The position numbers were made by a program, and so were the translations under genes. 64,000 nt of DNA, from contig OZ024742.1 of assembly GCA_964016885.1 (NCBI GenBank), forward strand, positions 221,712,001 to 221,776,000. The letters run 5' to 3'. Shown in pieces: positions 53,951-64,000 of this stretch. The notes under the pieces were generated by a model. The model searched no databases. It saw only the letters and a list, made by a program, of their open reading frames with translations, and had not been told where the DNA came from. Positions within the stretch are counted from its first letter, which is position 1; each line of letters opens with the position of its first letter. This stretch comes from Eledone cirrhosa (taxonomy: Eukaryota).

Positions 53951-55256
53951 GTAAGTTTTATGGAGTTTATTAACCATTTTGATACCAACATGTTTGAAAC
54001 TGCCCCTGCTTCCATGATATGGAGCTATATATTATAAAGTATTCATATTTATCTAAAAATCTTCCCTTATTATTTTCTGTACGAACCTTTGTTAAGTTAT
54101 GTTCCAAAAACCAGCTAAATAACGAGAAAGTTAGTTATATTACTAAAATCCCTCTAAATTCTTGATGATGATGATTATGATGATGATGGGAATGATAAAG
54201 ATGATGGTGGTGGTGTTGGCAGTGGCATTGATTATGGTGGTGGTGGGTGATGATGATGATGATAATGATGGGGAGGATGATGGGAATGATGAAGATGATG
54301 ATGGTGTTGGTGGTGGCAGTAGTGGTAGAGGTGGCACTGATTGTGGTGGTGGTGGGTGATGATGATAAGTATAATGATTAATGTGATGATCCATGAATTA
54401 TGAATCAATCACAATAAGCTGTCAATTCCTGGTTGAATCAGTTAATTTAACATTGGCAGTATCGGTAGAGGGTCGGACGCCATGCTTTCCAGCATAGTTA
54501 CGTCCCTTTACCATCTGAGTTCAAATCCCGCCGAGGTTGACTTTGCCTTTCATCCTTACGGGGTCGATAAAATAAAGTACCAGTAATGCACTGGGTAATT
54601 GCTGGCCTTGTGCCTAAAGTAGAAACAATTATTTGATAACCATGGGCAGTGGTTTGGCAGTATCAGTACCGGGTCGGACACCGTGCTTTCCATGATAGAG
54701 TTACGTCCCTTTATGTTCTGAGTTCAAATCCCGCCGAGGTTAACTTTGCCTTTCAACCTTACAGAGTCAATAAAATAAAGTACCAGTAATGCACTGGGGT
54801 AATTGCTGGCTTTGTATCAAAAGTAGAAACAATTATTTGATAAGTATGTATATATTTAATCTAATAATTAAATATAATGCTGTTATTTAAACATTTAATA
54901 ACCATGTATATATTTAATCTAATAATTGAATCTGTTGTTATTTAACCCTTTAGCATCATCATTACTCTATATTTACTATTGTATTTTCATGGTAAAGTAT
55001 TACCTTACATAATATTGAATCTAAGAGATTTTGATATTATTTATGTTGAGAACAATACCTTAACATCAGTATGAATAGCTGGTTACAGCCAGTTTGAACA
55101 GAAAGAGGTGAGAGAATTCTGGCTGGATACGGCCAGTTGAAATGCTAAAGGGTTAAATGTTATTTAATAAAATAAAGAAAGAATTATTTAAATGTTATTT
55201 GATAATTATGTATATATTTATTCTAATCATTGAATATGATGTTTTTGTTGTTACAG

Positions 55257-55385
55257 CTGCCATGCCTTGACCGATGTAAACAGTTTACATAACGAATCCT
55301 CTAAATATAAAAATCAACATTCTCACCAACGCCACCTCACATGGCCATATGGATATAAAGTTTTAGCAACACCACAACCAAACAG
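55257..55385 (+). CDS. Unidentified gene, coding exon 3
   Basis: TTACAG|CHALTDVNSL..WPYGYKVLATPQPN|GTATAT; 129 bp, open, phase 2-2. Confidence 0.7.
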
Positions 55386-55439
55386 GTATATTCTTGTCTT
55401 TTTTTAAAACTTTTTTATTCTTTTACTTGCTTATAATAT

Positions 55440-55771
55440 AATGAAATGAAATGAAATGAAATTATTGTGTAAAGTGCTCAGGTGCACTACAACTCGTCAA
55501 TATAGTACATAGAATAATACACAAATGTCAGGGAAGTACATGTGTGTATGTGTTAGCTGTAGTGTTGGCGGATCTCAGGAAGCATGGAGGCCTTAAAGGA
55601 TGCAGTGTCTCGACAGCTAACAACTGATGCAGGTAGTTTGTTCCATACTTCAGCAACACTGAGCGTGAAAAAATGTTTCCGAAAGTCATGGGAACTGTGC
55701 TGTTTTCTTACTTTGTGGGCATGTCCACGTGTGTTAGACACTAGACTGTAGGTGTATAGTTGTATTGACAC
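55440..55771 (-). mobile_element. CR1-like LINE 3' end with (TTTCA)n tail (shorter relative at about 53515-53730)
   Basis: TRGHAHKVRKQ..RKHFFTLSVAEVWNKLP..VV....ASFK. Confidence 0.8.
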
Positions 55772-55811
55772 TAGTATTTAGTCTTCTTTAGGGTACTACA
55801 ACTTCTCCAGT

Positions 55812-56326
55812 TGCCATGATAAAATGCACCCAGTCCACACTGTAAAGTGGTAGTGCTGGTGCCATGATAAAATGCACCCAGTCCACACTGTAAAGTGGTA
55901 GTGCTTGTGCCATCATAAAATGCACCCAGTCCATACTGTAAAGTGGTAGTGCTGGTGCCATGATAAAATGCACCCAGTCCACACTGTAAAGTGGTAGTGC
56001 TTGTGCCATCATAAAATGCACCCAGTCCATACTGTAAAGTGGTAGTGCTGGTGCCATGATAAAATGCACCCAGTCCATACTGTAAAGTGGTAGTGCTGGT
56101 GCATGATAAAATGCACCCAGTCCATACTATAAAGTGGTAGTGCTGGTGCCATGATAAAATGCACCCAGTCCATACTGTAAAGTGGTAGTGCTGGTGCCAT
56201 GATAAAATGCACCCAGTCCACTCTGTAAAGTGGTAGTGCTGGTGCCATGATAAAATGCACCCAATCCACTCTGTAAAGTGGTAGTGCTGGTGCCATGATA
56301 AAATGCACCCAGTACACTCTGTAAAG
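55812..56326 (+). repeat. 48-bp tandem repeat, about 11 copies, then degenerate copies to about 56700
   Basis: Unit GTGCCATGATAAAATGCACCCAGTCCA(C/T)ACTGTAAAGTGGTAGTGCTG; the same motif occurs dispersed (e.g. 9612-9660, 45000-45150). Confidence 0.92.
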
Positions 56327-56938
56327 TTATTGACAATTGAATAGAGACAATATAGGGTAAAGAAGACTATTTAGTATTGTCAAGGACGTAACAACTCTGT
56401 AGTGTTGGTGCCATGATAAAATGCACCCAGTACACTTTACAAAGGGGTTGGGGAATGAGTGTAGACAATGTAGGGTAGAGAGAATTCTTTGGTCTTGTTG
56501 AGGACAAGGCAACTTCATTGTTTGTGCCATGATAGAATACACCCAGTACACTCTGTAAAATGTTAGTGCTGGTATACTCCCCTCCCCTAAAAAATGGACT
56601 CTGTACACTCGGTAAACTGGTAGTACTGATGCCATGATAAAATGCACTGAGTACATTCTGTATACTGGTAGTGCTTATACCAAGAGAAGCTACCCAGTGC
56701 ACTCACTTAAGAGCATCTGGCTGTAGAAACCACGACAATATAAAAGGTAGAATGGGGGTGGTATATGATGATGATGATGATGACGACGACGACGACGATG
56801 GCAGCAGCGGCGAAGACGAAGAAGAAGAAGAAGAAGAAGAAGATGGTGATGATGATATGGTGTAATAGTATGTAAGCTATCTGTTTTACCTTCTATTACC
56901 AAATTAAATAAATAATAATCTCTAATGATTTTTTATAG

Positions 56939-57125
56939 GGGATTAAAATTTCCATTTGACTATATTATTGATTGGCAGATCAATGCCAATATTATAGATG
57001 AAGTTATTACTGAAATGATGACCCAGCTTGTGACAGATATATTTAGACAACAATATTGGAGAGATGACAAAAGATGGAAGAATGGTCAAAATGGTGAAGG
57101 AATATTTCAGGAAATCCACAATGAT
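56939..57125 (+). CDS. Unidentified gene, coding exon 4
   Basis: TTTTATAG|GLKFPFDYIIDWQINANIIDEVITEMM..FQEIHND|GTATGT; phase 2-0. Confidence 0.75.
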
Positions 57126-58169
57126 GTATGTAGGTTTTAAAAAAAATGAAGAAATTTTTTTAAGTAAAGAACAAATTTTAGCCCTTTTGATACCAAACCA
57201 CAAATTTTAGCCCTTTTGATACTAAACTACCCCTGGTTCTATTAAACTAATCCGTTTGTTTTAAATTCATCATCATCATCATTTTATGCCTGCTTTTTCC
57301 TGCTTGCAAGGGTGGGACAGGTCCTCTTCAGCATAGCATCTCTCCATTTGTCATGGTCCTTCGTCATCTCCTCTCTGAGGTCAGCTCTCACCACCTCCAC
57401 CCATGTTTTTGTAGTCTTCTACTGCGTCTTCCTTCCACTGGGATTACTTGGCACTTCTTCACCCAGCAGTCACTTTATTTTATGTAAGAAACTTTGTTAA
57501 ATTATGTTCCAAACACTATTATCCCATTATCAAAGCTCTCCAAATTCTTGATTATTTTCAAAATCATTTGAAAATCATAGACAGTGTCTTTCAATAGAAA
57601 AATGGTAAAGAAAGGTTTTAAAAGAATGAAGAATTTTTTAGTTTATAAAAAATAGACTAAATTTTTAACTGTTTTGATACAAGCAGTGGATTGGCACATA
57701 AATTGGGGTGTCAGATTAAATGCCTTGGTATTTATTCTGGCTAACTGTATTCTGAGTTCAAATCCTGCAATGGTAAACTCTGCCTTTTGTGCTTTTAGAG
57801 TTGATAAGGTACCAGTCCAGGAGGGGTAGCGGACTGGCAGAATTGTTAAAAGGTTGGATGGGATGTTTTTCAGTATTGTATCTAGCTCTGTGTGTTCTGA
57901 GTTCAAATCTTATCACTTTCTGCCAGGAGTTATTACTAGCAGATAGTATCAGCTTACAATAGAAGTGGCAACTCATTGTATTAAAGCAGCCATTAAATAA
58001 AGTAATGATCAAGTCAAGGCCTTGTCATGGCTTTATCTTCCCAAAAGATTAAATGAAATACAATGATGATACCTGTCAGAACAAATACTTAGAGATAGAA
58101 TCTGATACCATAAAGTCTCTGCCAATTTACCACACACCCAGGCACTGCTATCTGTACAGCAGACAATAT

Positions 58170-58480
58170 CTAAATATCAGGATTTGACCAGCTGCTTTCT
58201 TTTCGTGCTGGTTGCCATTTTCCTTTGCAAAATCGAGAGGATTACATCCCACCTGAAGAAGGAGCTCTGTGAGATGGAGTGGCTGATGCAGTAGATGGTA
58301 CTAGCTATTCTGTATAGCAACTCTCACCATCAGGATGCAGTAGAGATATATTGCCCAGCCCAGAGTGTAGAATTTGCCGTATCTCTTCCTACTTCCTCTC
58401 TTGCATTATTTAATTTTTTTCTCCTCACCCTTTCTGTCTTTTTCTCTCTTCCTGTTTATTATTTTAACCCTTCTTTTAAA
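58170..58480 (+). mobile_element. CRE-like RLE element 3' remnant
   Basis: KKELCEMEWLMQ*MVLAIL resembles EPREMEWLFQHISLTIL at 12330; UTR shared with 5560-5640. Confidence 0.55.
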
Positions 58481-59644
58481 AAAAGTACTTCCACTACTGT
58501 ATACTTCTGTTCAACAATAATTACATTTATCTAATTTGCAGTTCATCCAGAAAAGCCCCCACCCCGCTCCACTATATAATCTCCAAACCAAAACAATATA
58601 GTTTAATTACTTCTAAAGTGTTCTATTATTGTTGCTCATTGAAACAATTTAATTATTAAACAACTTTAGTTCTGCTCCACTTCAGTCAATTTCTTACTCA
58701 CAAAAGGGAGATAAATCAAAATAGTTATTTCCCTTCCATCAATAATAAGTAACGTCCCTTTTTTCAATTTTTTTTGTTTTTTTTTTCATCTACATTTTGA
58801 TTTTGTAATTATAAACTACACGTCACATAGTAACCAGTAATGATATACTATACCATACCAGTTTTTATAAACTAGAAATGGTTGACCGGATTGACGCATA
58901 GAGTTACGGCCCTTGCCATTCTGAGTTCAAATCTCGCCAAGGTTAACTTTGCCTTTCATCCTTACGGGGTCGATAAAATAAAGTACCAGTAATGCACTGG
59001 GTAATTGCTGGCCTTGTGCCAAAAGTAGAAACAATTAATTATATACTATAACATACCAGTAACTATAAACTAAAAAGGGTTGATAGGAACTTTCAGTCTC
59101 TAGACAACAGTCTCTCTAGTGCTGGTGACACGAAAAATACATCCTGTATACCCTGTGAGGTGGTTGGTGATAGGAAGGACATCTATCTGTAGAAACCATG
59201 CTAAAAAAGGGTTCAGTGTCTCTTTAGTTATGTCAAAGGCACAGTAATCTCTCTAGTGTTAGTGCCACGATAAAGTACACTCAGTAATTTGTTGGTGGGG
59301 ATAGGAAGGGCACCCGGCCATAGAAAAATACAAACTTGATCTGTGATGACTCATCCAATCCATGCAGGCAAGGAAAACGGACGTTAAATGGCGATGATGA
59401 TGATGCCTAATTGTACTAAACTGTAACTTACTAGTAATTATGTATGTGTTTGTGTGCACACGGGCATGATATATGTATGTATCATAATTTTGTTATAAAT
59501 AGTGCTTTCGGTGTCACACTTTATAAGTACGGTGTTAACTCTGGACTTAATGTTTCTTTTTAACTTTCAATACATTGAGTGCTTTGTGATTGCCTCAAAC
59601 AAATCAAATAGTACTTGCTGTACTGCAGCTAAACTTTGATTTAC

Positions 59645-59718
<74 letters not shown>

Positions 59719-60719
59719 CAAAGAGGGTGTGGTAAGATACCAAGTGGACCATAATGCACCAGAGTACTCGATACTTGGAGTAGTAGAGTGGGTAATATGA
59801 AAAGATTCAGGACCCCCAACGGCTGAGCTCCAGGCATTGGGGTCCTGAATTTTTTCATATATATATATATATATATTAGCATCCTCCTGCGAAACTACCC
59901 TTATAGTCTTTTTTTGTCAGATACTGCAAATTCTTTAGCAGTTCCTGATGAACCCGAGGGCATAACCAACTTGACTTCGCCTCTCTCTAGAGGGGATGAT
60001 AATTTTTTAGCTATTATTAGGACGACCCACCAGTGTGACCCCAGTCATAATTTGCTGATTATCAATTTCTAATGATTGTAATTAGCAAGTTTTTTCACGG
60101 GTCAAAATTATTACAGTCCAAGCACTGAAATGTAAGTTTTTAAAAATTTTTCTTTGTTAAATTGTTAAACTATTTAGATTTCTTTGATTGTTATCAGCCT
60201 TAACATGTTCTAATCAGGTACTTTTGCTCAGTGAACATCATTTTGAGTTTGCTCTGAAACAACTTTTTTTTTGTACATGTTATCATCGAGCATTGCTGAT
60301 AAGGTTGGCATATTTGTTAAGGCTTTTATCCTCATAATATTGTATCAATCTAAATCTCTTCTTCTTCACCCACTTATTCTTGGGAGGGTTATGGGGGCAG
60401 AATCTTCAAACACTCCTTCCAGCAGGTCCTGAGAGAAGCAACTGATCCGACTGGATCCCCAAGCAAGACCAGCCAAGCTCATGGATGTTATCCAACCATC
60501 ATGCTCGGAGTGTACTCCTGGGTCTCTTGTCGGTTGGTTTTGCCCATAAAATCTGTCCAGTGATTCTTTACTGAGACATTCTAACCACATGCTGCTACTT
60601 CTCCAAATTCAGAGCTGTGATAACAGCTTCGATACTATGGGCATGTGGTTAGAATGTCTCAGGAAAGAATCTATATCTCCATTATATATATATTTATATG
60701 CATACATATATTGGAACAG

Positions 60720-60854
60720 GCTCATGAAATCATCTATGAAGATATTTTACATGAAGACATCATAGAACCAGTCATTTCAGGCATGTTAAATGAAGCTGTA
60801 CAAAATATATTCCAGTCCTATGTCAAGAAACTACAACAGAAAGAATTAAATGAG
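60720..60854 (+). CDS. Unidentified gene, coding exon 5
   Basis: AACAG|AHEIIYEDILHEDIIEPVISGMLNEAVQNIFQSYVKKLQQKELNE|GT; 135 bp, phase 0-0. Confidence 0.7.
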
Positions 60855-61906
60855 GTCTGCAATATTTACTAAACCTTCACTAAATTTTACCTACATTAAA
60901 TAAAAGATATGAAATAATGTTTAGTCAGTTATTTTTAACTTCTATTACTTTTAACCCTTTAGATACCAAACTGCCTGAGACCACTTTGATCTAATGTCAC
61001 AAACATTCTCATTCTTAAGTGTTCATATTTAGATTAAAACCTCCTATGACAATTTCATCTACAAAACTAAAATATGAAAAAAAAGTTGTTATTAAACTCT
61101 TCAAAAGTCTTTATTACTATAACTAGCAGAAAAACCACCCTCGGTGGTAGTGTATATATTGATATTATACACAAATATATATGATTGTAGATATGATACA
61201 TCAAATAAAATCGTAATTGACAATATACACAGAAATTGAACAAAGTCTATGTTACACTGTCTTCTGTAATCAGTAACGTAATCCATGATACATTAAAAAA
61301 AGACGATATTATATATAAACTGCATTAGGAGAAAATTAGCGACGGAAATACATGCAATATTTTTATAAGTGTTATAATATAACGGCCGCTAATCGGAAGT
61401 ATTGACATTTGAAAATTTTAAAGAAGTGAATCTTTAAATAAGCTATAAAATATATTTAATCAACAGCCACGAAATTTAGCACATAAATTATGTAATATTC
61501 ATTCATTATTTATTCAAAGTAATCCAACTTATTTTACAAACAAAATATATTCTGGACACAGTCCCGCACTCCTTTCTTTATTATAGTTAAGATTCTAATG
61601 AAAGTCTCTATCTATAATATTCAATTAATTTTGAAAATAATCAAGAATTTGGAGGGATTTAGTAATATGACTAACTTTCTCATTATTAAGTTCATGTTTA
61701 GAACATAATTTAACAAAGGTTCTTACATAAAATTATGATGAAAGGTCTTTAGATATAATATAAACACTTTAAAATAAACAATTTAGTATCATATAGTTTT
61801 GTATCAGAAGGGTTAAACGTTAATGATAGGCTGAGTATTTCAGAGAAATATCATCACAAAAGTGTTTAGGTTTTCTTAACCTAATTTTTATCTTTTTTTG
61901 TTTATA

Positions 61907-63114
61907 TGAGAGTGGGCGGAAAAGTTCATAAGCTGACTGAAGGAGTGATGCTAGAGCTGTAAAATCGTGTATGCATTAATTTCAGCTCTTCTTATTAATA
62001 ACTGCATTGTTTCTTTCCAGGTAAACTGACATCTGACTGTTCAAAGAAGACTTCAAGTGTAACTAGTAGTGACTTCTCTTGAAAATTGACAAAATTTGGC
62101 ATCATGGTGTCATCAAGTACCTGCAGAAAAAGGGTTTAGAGCCCAAGGTCATTAATGCTGACATAGTTGCTACATTAAGGGATGATGATCCAGATTTATC
62201 AACAGTGCAAAAGGGAGCTGCTGAATTTGGGAGGGGAAGGGAGAGTCTTGAAGATGACTGAACTCTGAATGTCCTGCAACTGCCACAACCAAGGAAAACA
62301 TTGATCATGTTCACCACATGGTGATGGATGAAAGGCGATTAACTATAAATCAAATAGCCAATGCTATTATCATATCCCACAAGAGAGTTGAGAATATTCT
62401 GCACAATAAACTTGGCATGGCGAAGGTTTCTGCTTGGTGGGTGCCATGTCTTCTGACACCTGATTAAAAGCACACCAGGCTGATTACTTCACGGGAAAAT
62501 CTGACATTGAGGCAGCTGGTTTCCTATGTGTTGAGTTCATTACTTCGAGTCACAGACAAAGAGATAATCCAGGCAGTGAAAACACCCCTCCTCACCTGCT
62601 CAAAAGAAGGCCAAGGTCATTTCATCTGTAGGGAAGGCAATGGCCTCAGTGTTGACTTAAAAGCCATTGTGTTTATTGACTATCTTCAAAAAGGGCCACA
62701 CTATCAATGGAGAGTACTATGCCAACTTGCTAAGGCTATCAATACCAAACGTCCAGTAAAACTCATGAAAGGGTCTCATTTCATTAGGACAAGTCCTTGG
62801 TTTCAATGGCTGCTATGCATGACTGTGACTTTGAACTGGTTGATCACCCCTCCCTATTCTCTTGATTTGGCCCCATCTGACTATCATCTGTTCGCCAACA
62901 TGAAAAAATAATTAGCTAGGAACCAGTATCACAGTGATGATGACGTCATATGTGCTGCTGTTGACTTTTTTGACCAACACGATCCGAGCAAGCACTGCAA
63001 CACTGACGGAAGAAGTGTGTGGACCATAATGGGGACTATGTTGAAAAATAAACCTCATTTGGCCATATTCCATGAGTATCTTGGTCAGCCTATGAACTTT
63101 TCAGCTGACCCTCC
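61907..63114 (+). mobile_element. Full-span degenerate mariner element
   Basis: TA-flanked TIRs (..GAAAAGTTCATAAGCTGAC / GTCAGCCTATGAACTTTTC..); transposase remnants with HTH (GRESLEDD), WVP and YSLDLAPSDYHLF. Confidence 0.9.
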
Positions 63115-63524
63115 TAGTATACGAGGGTGTTGTAGAAACTTACTGCCACACTTCATTCTACTTCAACAATAGATACCACCATAGCTTAAATTAGAACATA
63201 GTTTAGGACACACACCATGTTATCTCTTCACCACTGCCGGTATTAAAAGAACCCACTACATTCAGATTATAAAATGCCAGCATAAGAACAGCACAAGATA
63301 TCCTTCTCTGACTTAGTTTCCCAAAGTCTTCTTTTGAAGAAGGCATTTTATTCCAAAATATTAAGGCTCAATTAAACACCTTCAAGGTAATATCCCCACA
63401 ACTCTGTAATCGTTAATTTTAACATTTAATATCCTCTTTGCATTGTTGTATCCCTCTAAAAAATACACTATTTTTTATAATATACATAGTCAGAATACCA
63501 TCTATATTTTGGTGTCACTTTCAG

Positions 63525-63645
63525 CTCTTCAACGTGGCTAACCTCAAGCTGGTGGATTCATTGATTTTGGAACAGTTTTTGTATAGTGAGGCACAACCAA
63601 GGAAAGTATGGACTAATTGTGAAACAACTGAGGAAATCCTTGATG
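63525..63645 (+). CDS. Unidentified gene, coding exon 6 (gene continues beyond the window)
   Basis: TTTCAG|LFNVANLKLVDSLILEQFLY..TEEILD+G|GTAAGA; phase 0-1. Confidence 0.7.
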
Positions 63646-64000
63646 GTAAGATAAACTAAAATGGAATTGTTCACTTCTGTGTTGAGGGAAGATTTGAAAC
63701 TGAAAATATTAGTTTCTCATTGCATGATTGAAGTTATGGAGAAGGAGAGAGAGAGAGAGAGAGAGACAAAATCAATATTGGACTGGTACTTTATTTATCG
63801 CCCTTGAATGATGTGTTTATCACAGTTTTTAGAATAGGTACACTGTATCCCTGTATGTTACATGAGATGACAAAAAGGGTTGGTCTCATGAAAACCAATA
63901 AACATTGCCTAAAACAATCCCGTCCAAACTCATGCTGGCATGGAAAAATGGATGTAACAGCAATGATGATGGTGGCGGTGGTGGTAGTGGTGGTGATGCT

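Noticed and set aside
55812-56326. CRISPR-like appearance of regular repeats
   Set aside because: Head-to-tail units with no unique spacers, no cas genes, eukaryotic context.
59796-59860. Short hairpin ATATGAAAA.ATTCAGGACCCC / GGGGTCCTGAAT.TTTTCATAT
   Set aside because: Single copy, no ribozyme core or other support; probably a repeat remnant.
59940-59975. CTGATGA-ACCCGAGGGC hammerhead-like start
   Set aside because: No GAAA after the hairpin and no helix I partner.

Overview
AT-rich animal genomic DNA, dense in (TA)n/(CA)n/(CAT)n microsatellites and one abundant SINE family; the repeat content looks like an octopus/coleoid cephalopod genome (inference). Host genes: a complete 5-coding-exon PIGF on + (36687-44551, 222 aa) and the first six phase-compatible coding exons of an unidentified + strand gene (48129 to beyond 63645) preceded by an RFX X-box. 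The rest is mostly decayed TEs: CRE-like and R4/Dong-like RLE LINEs, Tx1/L1, RTE, CR1, mariner and hAT/Tc1 MITEs. The notable part is 8.2-28.8 kb, a cluster of Penelope-like element (PLE) insertions from about six families. Almost all abut (TA)n tracts, six are built as fold-back inverted pseudo-LTR structures, and they carry about 13 minimal type-I hammerhead ribozyme (HHR) motifs. One of them (about 19320-21505) carries an intronless 5' fragment of the host MAPKBP1/WDR62 mRNA, joined at an apparent exon boundary and in frame to a GIY-YIG remnant, and bracketed by inverted HHR repeats. This suggests PLE-mediated capture of spliced host exons. In another copy the fold-back junction falls on the predicted ribozyme cleavage site. 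All assignments were made by eye; no searches were run.
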